DNA of 64,000 nucleotides from a virus, in the IMG/VR virus record IMGVR_UViG_3300044712_001205, positions 4,534 to 68,533 of that record; one strand, given 5' to 3'. Both the position numbers and the translations under genes were made by a program. Shown here in pieces: positions 25,392-35,175 of the stretch (positions are counted from its first letter, which is position 1; each line of letters starts with the position of its first letter). The notes under the pieces are model-generated. The model saw only the letters and a list, made by a program, of their open reading frames with translations, had not been told where the DNA came from and did not search any database.

Positions 25392-28300
25392 TATGCCTCT
25401 CTCCAGTTAGGCACAACTTCTACACCAGCCTGCATGTGTCGCGGGTTGTTTCTCAACCAGTTGATTGCAAATGCATTGGCATCCGATTGCGCATTGCCTA
25501 TGCCTGAAAACTCATGTATGGTACGGCCTTGAGAGTCAACAATCTTCCAACCCACAAACTCACGACCTGCGCCCAGAGGTTGTGGTTGCTGTTGGCGAGT
25601 TCTTACACCATACAGCTCTGGCGCTTCACCGCGCAAGCCCAATGCGTTACGTGCTTCTGCTTCTGCTTCGGGTCTGCTGGTATTACTCAAAGGTCTCACA
25701 GCGGAATTGTCGCTGATGCGATAGATTTCCCAAGGCCCAGGACCACGCGGTGTCAAGTTGCTGGGTTGGCCTTCACGCGGCACGTTCTCAGTTGATCGGA
25801 ACTGCGATGGATCATTTATAACTGACCTCACACTGTAGTCTGCTGCCGCGCCTGGTAAGTTAAAGTCAGACACATATCTCGCAATCTTGCTTTCAGCATC
25901 ATCAGGATTCAGTGCTCTGAATACAATAGGGTTACCAGCAGGCGCAGTAACTGTGCGTCCATCGCTGACGCGATACAGTTCATAACTGCTTTGACCGACT
26001 GCATCTTGAGCAGATCTTGGATAGTTTTGGCCGCCCAAAGGTGATTGTGGTTGACCAGCAGGCTCAATCTCACGCACTTCGATGTCGGTTCGCATTGCAG
26101 AGTTTGTGGAGCGAGTTTGAGCAATCCACTGTTCGGCTGCTTCGCGGCTAGGGAATCTGCGTAACACTGAGTTGTCCATCTGACCTGGTGCTCTTGCAAA
26201 GCGTCCAGGACCTTGCATCCAGATACCCCAGTTGCCAGTTTGGTTAGTGGCTTGAGGTTCTTGATATGGACGCAGCGGAGTTGCTCGCAAAGTGTTCTGG
26301 ACCCTAGCCCACTCTGGATAGTTTCCTGGCTCCACTGCTTTTTCAATAGCTTCTTCCTTGCTGGCAGCAACAACTTCAATACTGGCAAAAGTGTTGGCAG
26401 GATTGGTTACACTCCACCAGTACTTTTGTCCAGGGGGAGTTTTACCCTTGGCCAGATTGCGTGCCAACTGCTTTTCACGCACTTGGCGGATCAAGGCTGC
26501 TTTGTCTAGTTCACCTGCTGAGTAGTTAGAGAACAACTGAACTACGTCTACGCCGCCTTTGTCTTGCGAACCTTCCAGCAGTTTGTACAGTTTCTTCAAA
26601 TACTCTTGGCGATAGGCCTGTGGATCAATGGCAGCACTCAAGGCCACTGTAAAGCGCAACAAGGTGTTTTCAATCTTGTCGAAGTTGGCATCCAACCAGT
26701 CACCGCCAGGTGATCGGAATTCAATATAACCTGTTTTGGTATTGATACTGGTGTACTTGTCTGTGATGCCTGAGTGAATGGCCTTGGTAGCAAGGTCTTC
26801 CATGTGATCACGCATCTTGTCCATGAGTACAGGTGCAAGATCTGGATTCTTTCTCAACGCATCACGAATTTTGCCCGTGGCTGCTCGGGCATAGTGGTTG
26901 CCTGATCTACCAAACAATTCTAACACGTATTCATCACCCATGAGCAGGGCTAGTTTAACATAGTCTAGCTTTTCCAGCGAATAGTCTGGCACTGAAATGT
27001 TGATGTGTAATCCAGTTGAATCATTGGTATAACAACCACGACGGCCAGCCCACTCTTTGACTTTGTTTAGGTCACTCAGCAGTTCATCAATGGGCAGCGG
27101 TGGTGATACAAACTCTAGTCCAGTGTCGTTAGCATTGTCACCTTCCAAACTACCATCAGGTTCTACCACATAGTGTCCTGGCTCTCGACGGGCACCGTGA
27201 TAACTGGTTGATGCGTTTACAGGCTTGCCAATGGCGTCCGAGAATTCGTCAGCAACTTCGTCCACATTGGCTTCGCCACTTTCTCCAGCATTGATGTCAT
27301 AGTAGTAAGGCCATTGGATATCAAAGTTGCGTTCGATATCACTCATGTAAGGAAAAGCTTCTTCTAGGAAGTCACTTTCGTCATATGCTGCATTTTTTTC
27401 GTCAGCGAACTCTGTAAATGCATCATTGTAGATACGACCTTGTGATTCAAACTCATCTAGTACAAACTGTTCTTGCAGCTCGGCTATTCTAGCACTAATG
27501 CCTTGTTGTGCTTCTTCAGAGTCCAACGGTATGTCAGGGTTGGCATCAGCAAACTCATCACGTGCAATATCCAATGCTTCATCGCGGTCAAACAAATCAT
27601 AGTTTTCGATGTAGTCGCGTAGAAAATCAACACCTTCACTGTCCCAATCGTTGGCAGTCTGGTCCATCTTCCATTCTTGGTACGCTTCACTTAGCTCGTT
27701 TAGTAGGCTACGCACATCACCACGGCTGTTGTAATCCCCATCGTAGAAGAATGCTTCAATGTCATCGAAACTTCTAGCACGCCGGTCCATATCTTCATCG
27801 CGTTCGTATTCTGGCTCAACATCAACGCCACCTACATCGGGCACAATCATTTCAAATTCCATGCCTGCTTGTGCGCCTGTTTGTGCTGCTAACTGTCGGA
27901 GGTTGGCAGTGCTCATCTTGATCTCACTGATGTACTCATCTTCCAACAGTGCGAATTCTTGGCGCAGGCTTTCAATCTCTATTGACTCTCTAAGATTAGC
28001 AGTCTTCATCAGCAGTGCAGGCTTGCCTTGGCTGTCGGTTTTCAAACCCATCTTGTTGGCTTGCCTGCCAGTTTCGCCTGGACGAACATCCTGGGTCAGC
28101 GCCATTTTGAATCTTGGATCATTGGCCTGTGCAGCAGTGGGGATATAGCCCGACGACTCAAACATGTTGGGATTCATCTTTGCCCAGTTACGCATGATGA
28201 TACCGGCCACAGCATGCGCTTCATTTTCCATGTCTGAACCAGTGTCACCAGCATCGGGTCCCAAGGTTTCAACTTCGTGCTGGCGTGCATGTGCCAGTTC

Positions 28301-29455
28301 GTGTGCAGTGGTGCGCAACACATCCATGATGTGTCGATTCCACATGTTGATATGCAAGTCATGGGTGTTGGGCTCAAAGCGACCAAAGCTCTTTTCACGC
28401 TCGCTCCACTCGGGATCGTTGTGAATGTGTATGCGCGGCATGTTCTTGAGACCAATTTCTTTGGCAGTGTATCTAATGAAGTCGCGCAACACACTTTGAT
28501 TTACATCATCTTCGCTGAGGAATTCGTCAGTGTCGGGATCTACTCCGTCCCATGTACTTTGAGCGCCAGTGTCGCCAGTGACACTGCCTTGTGCAAGCCC
28601 AGTATCGTCTTCACGTACACTTTCGCCACCACCATCGCCGCCTCCCATATCGCCAGTTTCGCCTGCGTTGAAATTATAGCCCGGGAAGAACCAACCACCA
28701 AATGCACCGTACTTGAACTTGCTCTTGGGTTTCTTTTTCTTCTTTTCCATGAGACTGAGCTCACGGTCTCTGGCATCAGCATATGCTTGATACAGTTTGT
28801 CAATGTAGCCTTGGCTACGCAACATTTTGTAGGCCAAGTTTTCGGGACCAAACTCACCGTGTGCATCCAGGCCAGTTTGGCGCATTTCTTTGATTTTTTT
28901 GATCAGTGCATGTATACGGTCAGAGTCTTGATCCTTGAGCGCAGATTCAATTCTAGCACCAAGGTCTTCGTACTTGTGTCGCACAACACTTTGATCGATC
29001 TTGGCACGTTTACGACGTGGCACTTGTAGCCATTTGCCATCGCGCACTGAGTACTCGCCAAGACTCACAGGACTTTCGTCTGCAGGTTGCACATACAGTT
29101 CAACATCGGCGCCGTGTATGCGGATGTCGTGCATGTCATTGTATTGATACTTTTTTGCGTTGAACAGTTCTTGATAAACTTCGTCGGCACCTTCGGGCTT
29201 CCGAACCACTAGATGCAGGTCAATGTCAGAATGTGGAGTGTAGCTGTAGGCTGCATTGCTGCCTGAAATAGTGATGTCTACTACGTCAAGGTCAGGCACG
29301 CCTAGAAATTCTTGAAAATCTGCTGCTATTTCCAGCAGTTTATCTTTTACTTCGGGCAGTAGATGCTCGTTCCGGTCCCACAACCGCGGATTAAGGCGGT
29401 TATGGAACTTTACTGCATCTGCAAGGTTGTAGGAATCTAACTCATGAAGGTTCAT
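25391..29455 (-). CDS. Polyvalent protein: Pol-beta-type nucleotidyltransferase, zincin metallopeptidase, amidoligase-like domain and tandem small domains
   Basis: GSNAAYSYTPHSDIDLH; AHELAH...ENEA; GMEFE...LEFVSPP...STGLHINIS...IEFRSPGG. Confidence 0.8.
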   Translation of the reverse strand: MNLHELDSYNLADAVKFHNRLNPRLWDRNEHLLPEVKDKLLEIAADFQEFLGVPDLDVVDITISGSNAAYSYTPHSDIDLHLVVRKPEGADEVYQELFNAKKYQYNDMHDIRIHGADVELYVQPADESPVSLGEYSVRDGKWLQVPRRKRAKIDQSVVRHKYEDLGARIESALKDQDSDRIHALIKKIKEMRQTGLDAHGEFGPENLAYKMLRSQGYIDKLYQAYADARDRELSLMEKKKKKPKSKFKYGAFGGWFFPGYNFNAGETGDMGGGDGGGESVREDDTGLAQGSVTGDTGAQSTWDGVDPDTDEFLSEDDVNQSVLRDFIRYTAKEIGLKNMPRIHIHNDPEWSEREKSFGRFEPNTHDLHINMWNRHIMDVLRTTAHELAHARQHEVETLGPDAGDTGSDMENEAHAVAGIIMRNWAKMNPNMFESSGYIPTAAQANDPRFKMALTQDVRPGETGRQANKMGLKTDSQGKPALLMKTANLRESIEIESLRQEFALLEDEYISEIKMSTANLRQLAAQTGAQAGMEFEMIVPDVGGVDVEPEYERDEDMDRRARSFDDIEAFFYDGDYNSRGDVRSLLNELSEAYQEWKMDQTANDWDSEGVDFLRDYIENYDLFDRDEALDIARDEFADANPDIPLDSEEAQQGISARIAELQEQFVLDEFESQGRIYNDAFTEFADEKNAAYDESDFLEEAFPYMSDIERNFDIQWPYYYDINAGESGEANVDEVADEFSDAIGKPVNASTSYHGARREPGHYVVEPDGSLEGDNANDTGLEFVSPPLPIDELLSDLNKVKEWAGRRGCYTNDSTGLHINISVPDYSLEKLDYVKLALLMGDEYVLELFGRSGNHYARAATGKIRDALRKNPDLAPVLMDKMRDHMEDLATKAIHSGITDKYTSINTKTGYIEFRSPGGDWLDANFDKIENTLLRFTVALSAAIDPQAYRQEYLKKLYKLLEGSQDKGGVDVVQLFSNYSAGELDKAALIRQVREKQLARNLAKGKTPPGQKYWWSVTNPANTFASIEVVAASKEEAIEKAVEPGNYPEWARVQNTLRATPLRPYQEPQATNQTGNWGIWMQGPGRFARAPGQMDNSVLRRFPSREAAEQWIAQTRSTNSAMRTDIEVREIEPAGQPQSPLGGQNYPRSAQDAVGQSSYELYRVSDGRTVTAPAGNPIVFRALNPDDAESKIARYVSDFNLPGAAADYSVRSVINDPSQFRSTENVPREGQPSNLTPRGPGPWEIYRISDNSAVRPLSNTSRPEAEAEARNALGLRGEAPELYGVRTRQQQPQPLGAGREFVGWKIVDSQGRTIHEFSGIGNAQSDANAFAINWLRNNPRHMQAGVEVVPNWREA

Positions 29456-29469
29456 GAGTATATTTACCG

Positions 29470-30354
29470 TTATTGGGTTGTAGACGTTTCTTCGCTGCTG
29501 GCAGCAAATACTTCAGGTTCTGCAGGTTCCGCAACTTCAGGCAGCTGGCTGGGAATCTGATGTGTGGGTGCTTGCACCAGAGCCTGTAGATCTTTGTACA
29601 GCTTTTCCTGGCTCATGCCGTCAAACACATAGGTACCCACGTGACGCAGCAGCACACGCTTGTCCACAAATACTTGACCGCCTAGATCACGCCAGTTTTC
29701 ACAGAAAGTCCAGTCTTCGCTGTAGTAGCGGTTTTCACGCACAGCAGTGTCAAAATAGGTCTTCATGTAGGGGTTGAGTTCTTCGGGCAAGCCGATGTCA
29801 TTGTTGAAAGGACGAGTAGCAGGGTGTTGGTTCAGCTTTTCAAACACATCACGCTTGATCAGCAAGAAACCTGTGCCAGTTTTGCTGACTTCTACAATGT
29901 TGGGTTCTTCGGGTGTGCCGTTTTCCTTGCCAGGGATGCCGTTGACGCACCACTTAACGGGCAGGCTCTTCATGGGGTACAGGCCACCAATAACGTCTTT
30001 GCGAGCGTTGAGCATGACCAGCAAGTGCCAAGGTTCCCAGCCAATGTCAGAGTCAATAAACATCAAGTGAGTGCTTTCGGGAGTGTTCAAGAACTTGGCT
30101 GTGAGTGTGTTTCTAGCACGACTGATCAAACTTTCGTTGGTCATGGTTTCCACAGTCCAGTCGATGCCAAGTTGACGGCAAGTGTTGCCCCACTTGATAA
30201 AGCTCATGAACGTTTGTTCAGTCATCATACCACCATAACAGGGCATGCAAATATGCACACGGGTAGTACGCAGATAGTCAAGATCTACTTGAATTTGAAC
30301 CTGACTGGGGTCAAGTGAACTTGGTGGGGTAGTTGTGGGTTGGGCGTCAGCCAT
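29470..30354 (-). CDS. GT-A/GT2-like glycosyltransferase
   Basis: NESLISRARN, LMFIDSDIGW, GTGFLLI, SEDWTFC, HVG. Confidence 0.75.
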   Translation of the reverse strand: MADAQPTTTPPSSLDPSQVQIQVDLDYLRTTRVHICMPCYGGMMTEQTFMSFIKWGNTCRQLGIDWTVETMTNESLISRARNTLTAKFLNTPESTHLMFIDSDIGWEPWHLLVMLNARKDVIGGLYPMKSLPVKWCVNGIPGKENGTPEEPNIVEVSKTGTGFLLIKRDVFEKLNQHPATRPFNNDIGLPEELNPYMKTYFDTAVRENRYYSEDWTFCENWRDLGGQVFVDKRVLLRHVGTYVFDGMSQEKLYKDLQALVQAPTHQIPSQLPEVAEPAEPEVFAASSEETSTTQ

Positions 30355-30360
30355 GTTATC

Positions 30361-30390
30361 TCCGTAAAAAATTTGTGTAATATTTACGGA
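30361..30390 (-). promoter_or_regulatory. Late-type promoter in the 5' arm of an RBS-sequestering hairpin
   Basis: Minus strand CCGTAAATATTACACAAATTTTTTACGGAG; CCGTAAA/TTTACGG overlaps GGAG. Confidence 0.55.
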
Positions 30391-30430
30391 TTATACAGGC
30401 CGGGCTGAATTTTTTCTAGTAGTTTGGCAA

Positions 30431-31249
30431 TTATTTTTTTCTACCAGCGCAATGAGCACGTTGACTAAACCCTTTGGGATTAGAACAATCGATACTACGC
30501 TTGTAACGTTCTGACCATTTTTCTTCCAAATAGTCTTCGTCCACGGGCTGGTTTTCTCTGCGTTGATAAGCAGCAGTCATGCCAGCACCTTGTTGTCCAC
30601 CATAGGCACGAGTTTCTTCACTGGTGTAGGTAGCGGCCCAGCCTTGGTTTTCGTCAACAGAATCGCCCACAATAGCAGTGTCCAGCATCTTTCTAACAGT
30701 CGCAGCCAACTTGGGATTACCTTGTGTGCGGGGATACAAACTCATTACCAGCGCAGTTTTTCTACGCTCATCTAAATCGGGCCAAGCTGTGCGAATCTGT
30801 GTGGCCGAAGTCAGTCCAGGACCAAATTCTACAGTGGGCAGGTATGCCATGTAAGCATGCTTGGCAAAAGGTTCCAGTTTCTTGGCACCCAACAGTGGTT
30901 GCAGGTATGCAGGTGAACCATCTTTTTTGACGCCACCGGGCCGGGGCTGTGAACCTTCGTCTTTTTCACTACGTACAAAGATCAGCTGATCCTTGTTGGG
31001 ATCAAACTTGGCAGTGATTTCTTCTGCTCTAAACGGTGATTTGACCTGTACAAAATGCCCGGGCTCTACGCCGGCCAGCTTGGCCAGTTTTTCTTTCACA
31101 GCAAAGGGAAAAGGGCGGGCCGAAGTGTCATTGGTTGCAGCCACATACACTTCAGCGTCAGGAAAAGTACGGCGTGCTGATTGATAAAGAGCAGCATGCC
31201 CCGCATGAAAAGGGTGAAAGCCTCCGGGCATAACAACAATGGTGGTCAT
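30431..31249 (-). CDS. HIGH-family cytidylyltransferase-like protein with basic C-terminal micro-domain
   Basis: PGGFHPFHAGH, SATQIR; tail EEKWSERYKRSIDCSNPKGFSQRAHCAGRKK. Confidence 0.8.
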   Translation of the reverse strand: MTTIVVMPGGFHPFHAGHAALYQSARRTFPDAEVYVAATNDTSARPFPFAVKEKLAKLAGVEPGHFVQVKSPFRAEEITAKFDPNKDQLIFVRSEKDEGSQPRPGGVKKDGSPAYLQPLLGAKKLEPFAKHAYMAYLPTVEFGPGLTSATQIRTAWPDLDERRKTALVMSLYPRTQGNPKLAATVRKMLDTAIVGDSVDENQGWAATYTSEETRAYGGQQGAGMTAAYQRRENQPVDEDYLEEKWSERYKRSIDCSNPKGFSQRAHCAGRKK

Positions 31250-31263
31250 GCCTTTATTTAGCC

Positions 31264-31701
31264 TTACATGTTTTCTAACAACCAGAGATAGGCTGGGCTT
31301 GAAAATTCAAATGTAATAGTGCCATTGCACCCTGCATTTCCAAAAAAATCAGCGTTTGTTTGGGCAGCGGTGCCGTTGAAATCGTGTGAATAAATTGATT
31401 TCTGATACACTAGTTTGGTGATATCAATCTCGTCCAGGCAAAATTTTGAAAACTCAAGCAAACTATCTTGGATAATGTTGCCTTGATTGTCTATCTGTGT
31501 GTGAGAGCTAGTTTTGTTTTTTACAATTATTTTTAATTGATGCAACTGTTCTACATCATGGTTGAGTTTGCAAACAACAGATTGAGCTTGAGACAGTTGA
31601 TTGTTGTCGACTACTTTGTTGTTGTCCATCCAAACTTCAAAGCCCAGCGGATTTTTTGGGTCCGTAGGTACAACGTCAAATGTCAATTGAGAAATATGCA
31701 T
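31264..31701 (-). CDS. Hypothetical protein
   Basis: 145-aa ORF, start overlaps the upstream stop. Confidence 0.65.
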   Translation of the reverse strand: MHISQLTFDVVPTDPKNPLGFEVWMDNNKVVDNNQLSQAQSVVCKLNHDVEQLHQLKIIVKNKTSSHTQIDNQGNIIQDSLLEFSKFCLDEIDITKLVYQKSIYSHDFNGTAAQTNADFFGNAGCNGTITFEFSSPAYLWLLENM

Positions 31702-32063
31702 TAATATGAAACAGTTACAGAATTAATAGTACCACCGTCAAACCCAACCACACGGGCTCGTAGCCACACAAAGTTGCCTTGAATGTTTGTAGGGTGAACG
31801 TCAGTGACAGGATTTTCAAGATCACCGAATCTGTAAGTTTCAAACCAAATGGCTGTTTCAGCTACAGAATCCAGTGTGGCTTCGATCACAATTTCGCCCA
31901 CAAAATTTGTGACTGTGATCAACGCAGTTTGCAAGCCGCCCCTGCCGCGATAGTAATTTGCGGCTTCTTGCGGATCGCTGGCCCAGTCTTGACTACTACC
32001 GTCGTAGTTACCTGACGGCGTACCGTACACAGTGGTGCCAAGAATGGTTTTTGTAGTAATCAT
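31701..32063 (-). CDS. Hypothetical beta-rich protein (possible virion protein)
   Basis: 120 aa, ends GNFVWLRARV. Confidence 0.65.
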   Translation of the reverse strand: MITTKTILGTTVYGTPSGNYDGSSQDWASDPQEAANYYRGRGGLQTALITVTNFVGEIVIEATLDSVAETAIWFETYRFGDLENPVTDVHPTNIQGNFVWLRARVVGFDGGTINSVTVSY

Positions 32064-32230
32064 TATGCTCGTTCAACTTCTACAACAACTGCATCGCCCA
32101 CTAATTCTTGAGCCACTTGTTCCAGTGCTTGAATGTGTTCGTTAAGCACAGCTGGCGCAGGATCAGTGTCTGATTCACGTACAATTTTGCTAAATTTAAT
32201 GACGATAACGTCTTCGATAATTTTTGCCAT
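32063..32230 (-). CDS. Small hypothetical protein (55 aa)
   Basis: Read by hand: MAKIIEDVIVIKFSKIVRE...VEVERA; TAAATA upstream; TAATG coupling. Confidence 0.7.
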   Translation of the reverse strand: MAKIIEDVIVIKFSKIVRESDTDPAPAVLNEHIQALEQVAQELVGDAVVVEVERA

Positions 32231-32232
32231 AG

Positions 32233-32916
32233 TCAGTTATTTATACGCTGCACAATAGGCAGTGTTTTACGTACAACTCTAGGCACAACCAAGCTCAGCA
32301 TCAACGGATACCCTGGATCGTTGTGATCTATAAAATAGTGGCTTGCCAACCAGTGACTTTTATATGCTGTGTTGCTTTTTAAGAAACGCTGGAACGACTT
32401 GCAAGGGCCAATGTTGTTGTCAGTTTGTGCGGCAAAAAAATTATCAAGATTGACAATTTGTTGATCATCCAGCCACATCGATCTTAGATACGTTCTGTAT
32501 GCAAAGCTGCTTTGACTCAGCATTACAGCATCTCTGGGCTGCGAAACTTCTGCTTGTTTAAAAAACCTAACCTTGGCAGCTGGACAAGCAGAAGTTAGCC
32601 TGTTGACCAATAACGCATCGTTGGTATAGATGTAGGCCCAGTTACCGCTGAGTGTGAGTTTGAACGGCTCTGTCTCAGCAGCAAAAAAGTTCAAGGCAGC
32701 ATAGATATGGGTTATCACATCACGTGTGTATCTTCCTTGATGGAACTTTGACTGTGATTTGTATTCGATTAGCCGTTTGGTAGCTTCTAAATCCAGTCCT
32801 CGAATGTCTGAAATTCTACTTTGAACAACAGCAATGCTGTATTGCCATCGATCAAAGTACAACCTATCTCGGGCATCAGTTTGAATTTTGATCTTGTTGG
32901 ACAACGGTATCTCCAA
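32233..32916 (-). CDS. Hypothetical protein
   Basis: 227-aa ORF; start uncertain. Confidence 0.6.
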   Translation of the reverse strand: MEIPLSNKIKIQTDARDRLYFDRWQYSIAVVQSRISDIRGLDLEATKRLIEYKSQSKFHQGRYTRDVITHIYAALNFFAAETEPFKLTLSGNWAYIYTNDALLVNRLTSACPAAKVRFFKQAEVSQPRDAVMLSQSSFAYRTYLRSMWLDDQQIVNLDNFFAAQTDNNIGPCKSFQRFLKSNTAYKSHWLASHYFIDHNDPGYPLMLSLVVPRVVRKTLPIVQRINN

Positions 32917-35131
32917 TGTGTTCTACTGCAAATTCAATCTTGCCATCAACTGTATTCACAGTGACTACACAGTCTGTGAGTCGTTCAAACAGGATTTTCT
33001 TGGATAGCGGCACACGAATCAGTTCGTCAATCTTGCGGCTTAGAGGACGAGCACCCATCTTGCGATCGTAACCCTGTTCTGCAAGCAGTTCCACAGCTGA
33101 TTCAGTCAAGGACAAACGAATGTTCTTGGGAGCCAGTGCAGACTTGAGCTCGTCTACAAACTTCACAACAATCTTCTTGATTGCCAGGGTGTCCAGCTTG
33201 TTGAACTTCACAATACTGTCAATACGATTACGCAGTTCGGGCTTGAAGAACTCTTTGAGAGCGCGATCGTCTTCGCCTGTTTTCTCTTGCGAGCCAAAGC
33301 CAATCACATTGCCTTCACTGTCACGTGCGCCCAAGTTAGACGTCATGATAATAATGGTGTTCTTGCAGCTCACTTGTTTGCCATTGGCACCAGTGACATG
33401 TCCTTCGTCCAGCATTTGCAACAGGATGTTGGTAACATCGGGGTGTGCTTTTTCGATTTCGTCAAACAAGATAATAGCAAAAGGATGCTTGCTCAAGTCT
33501 GAAATCAACTTGCCGCCGCCCACGTTGCCATCCTCAAAGCCCACATAGCCCGGAGGAGCACCAATCAAGCTGGCCACTGAGTGACGTTCTTGATATTCAC
33601 TCATGTCGTAACGCAGCAGATGCATGTCTAGATTGTCTGCCAGAGCCTTGGCCAATTCAGTTTTACCTGTACCAGTGGGACCCAAGAACAGGAAACTGCT
33701 CATGGGTTTTTTATCGTTGCCAATGCCAGCAAAGCTGATGTAAACACGTTCCAGCACTGAGTCCACAGCACTATCTTGACCGTACAGTCGTTGCTTGACG
33801 TTGCTTTCTAGTTCAACAATCTTTGTGCTACGCTCGTTTTGCAGTTTGTCGGTGGGCACACCGCTCACACGACTCAGCTGCTCTTCAATCATGCCTTTGG
33901 TAACAGTGACAAGACCAACGTCTTTGACTCGTTCCCTGGCACAGGCTGCATCAATAAGGTCAATACTCTTGTCAGGATTTTTCCTGTCGTGTATGTATCG
34001 GTTAGCAAGTTCAACCGCGGCAGTAATAGCTTCGGTATCAATGAGAACGTTATGAAACTGTTCGAGTCGTGGTGATAGACCAATGAGAATTTGTTCGGTA
34101 GTTGACGCATCCGGTTCATCAATCGCCAGGCGATAGAAACGTCGCATAAGAGCCCGGTCTTTTTCGAATGATTCATAGTATTCTTCCCAAGTAGTGCTGG
34201 CAACAACTTTCAAGCTGCCTTTGGTAATAGCAGGCTTCAGCATGTTGGCAAAGTCCAAGCTGGAGTTAGAACTTGCACCAGCGCCTTTCATGGTATGTGC
34301 TTCGTCCACAAACAGGATACAGTTTTTCTTGGCTTCCAGTGCAGCAATCACTGCCTTGAGCTTTTCTTCAAAGTCGCCGCGATACTTGGAACCTGCCAAC
34401 AAGCTGCCAATCTCCAGTGACCATACTTCGTGTCCTTTTAGGAACGTAGGCACACGACCTGCTTGGATTTCTTGTGCCATTCCTTCTACAATAGCAGTCT
34501 TGCCCACACCGGGATCGCCTACCATGAGCACGTTGGCCTTGAACTTGCGAGCCAGCACAGTGATCATTTCCTGTACTTCTTTGGCTCGACCGATCATGGG
34601 CTCCAGCTGATTGTTCTGTGCCTTGGCAGTGAGGTTGATACAGTACTCTTCCAGGATTTCGTTGGCCTGAGTATTGCTGATACGGCCCTCAGCAGCGGTG
34701 TAGTTCTTCTGCCAAAAGTCCACAAACTCAGCTTTTTTAACACCGTATTTGAGCAGGAAATAATGAGCATGACTGTTGGTCTCGCTCATGATGGAAAGAT
34801 ACACATCTCCGGTGGTCAGTGTTCTACGACCAGTGAACATGGCCTGCACATTGGCTCGATTGAAAATGCGCTCCAGAGCTTGTGTTTTTCTAGGCTTAAC
34901 GCTTTCGCTGTCTTTGACAATGCTGGAGAGTGTGCCAAGATATGCATCCAGTTCAGTTTCCATGCTGGCAGTGTCAACACCAAATTTGTCCAACACTTTG
35001 CGAAATGGTTGATATCGAATCATGGCCAACAGCAAATGTTCTGTGGTCACGTATTCGTGTTTTTTCTCGCTGGCAATTTCAATTGCTTGTTCAACGATGC
35101 TTTCAATTTCGGAATGGTTTGACATGGGCAT
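32876..35131 (-). CDS. clpA: ClpA-type AAA+ chaperone/protease ATPase
   Basis: Clp N domain (HEYVTTEHLLL), GDPGVGKT and GPTGTGKT Walker A motifs, GAPPGYVG pore loop, IGF loop. Confidence 0.92.
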   Translation of the reverse strand: MPMSNHSEIESIVEQAIEIASEKKHEYVTTEHLLLAMIRYQPFRKVLDKFGVDTASMETELDAYLGTLSSIVKDSESVKPRKTQALERIFNRANVQAMFTGRRTLTTGDVYLSIMSETNSHAHYFLLKYGVKKAEFVDFWQKNYTAAEGRISNTQANEILEEYCINLTAKAQNNQLEPMIGRAKEVQEMITVLARKFKANVLMVGDPGVGKTAIVEGMAQEIQAGRVPTFLKGHEVWSLEIGSLLAGSKYRGDFEEKLKAVIAALEAKKNCILFVDEAHTMKGAGASSNSSLDFANMLKPAITKGSLKVVASTTWEEYYESFEKDRALMRRFYRLAIDEPDASTTEQILIGLSPRLEQFHNVLIDTEAITAAVELANRYIHDRKNPDKSIDLIDAACARERVKDVGLVTVTKGMIEEQLSRVSGVPTDKLQNERSTKIVELESNVKQRLYGQDSAVDSVLERVYISFAGIGNDKKPMSSFLFLGPTGTGKTELAKALADNLDMHLLRYDMSEYQERHSVASLIGAPPGYVGFEDGNVGGGKLISDLSKHPFAIILFDEIEKAHPDVTNILLQMLDEGHVTGANGKQVSCKNTIIIMTSNLGARDSEGNVIGFGSQEKTGEDDRALKEFFKPELRNRIDSIVKFNKLDTLAIKKIVVKFVDELKSALAPKNIRLSLTESAVELLAEQGYDRKMGARPLSRKIDELIRVPLSKKILFERLTDCVVTVNTVDGKIEFAVEHIGDTVVQQDQNSN

Positions 35132-35175
35132 ATAAAAAGTTAATCCAAAAGTTATTTTAACACAACCTGATTAAA

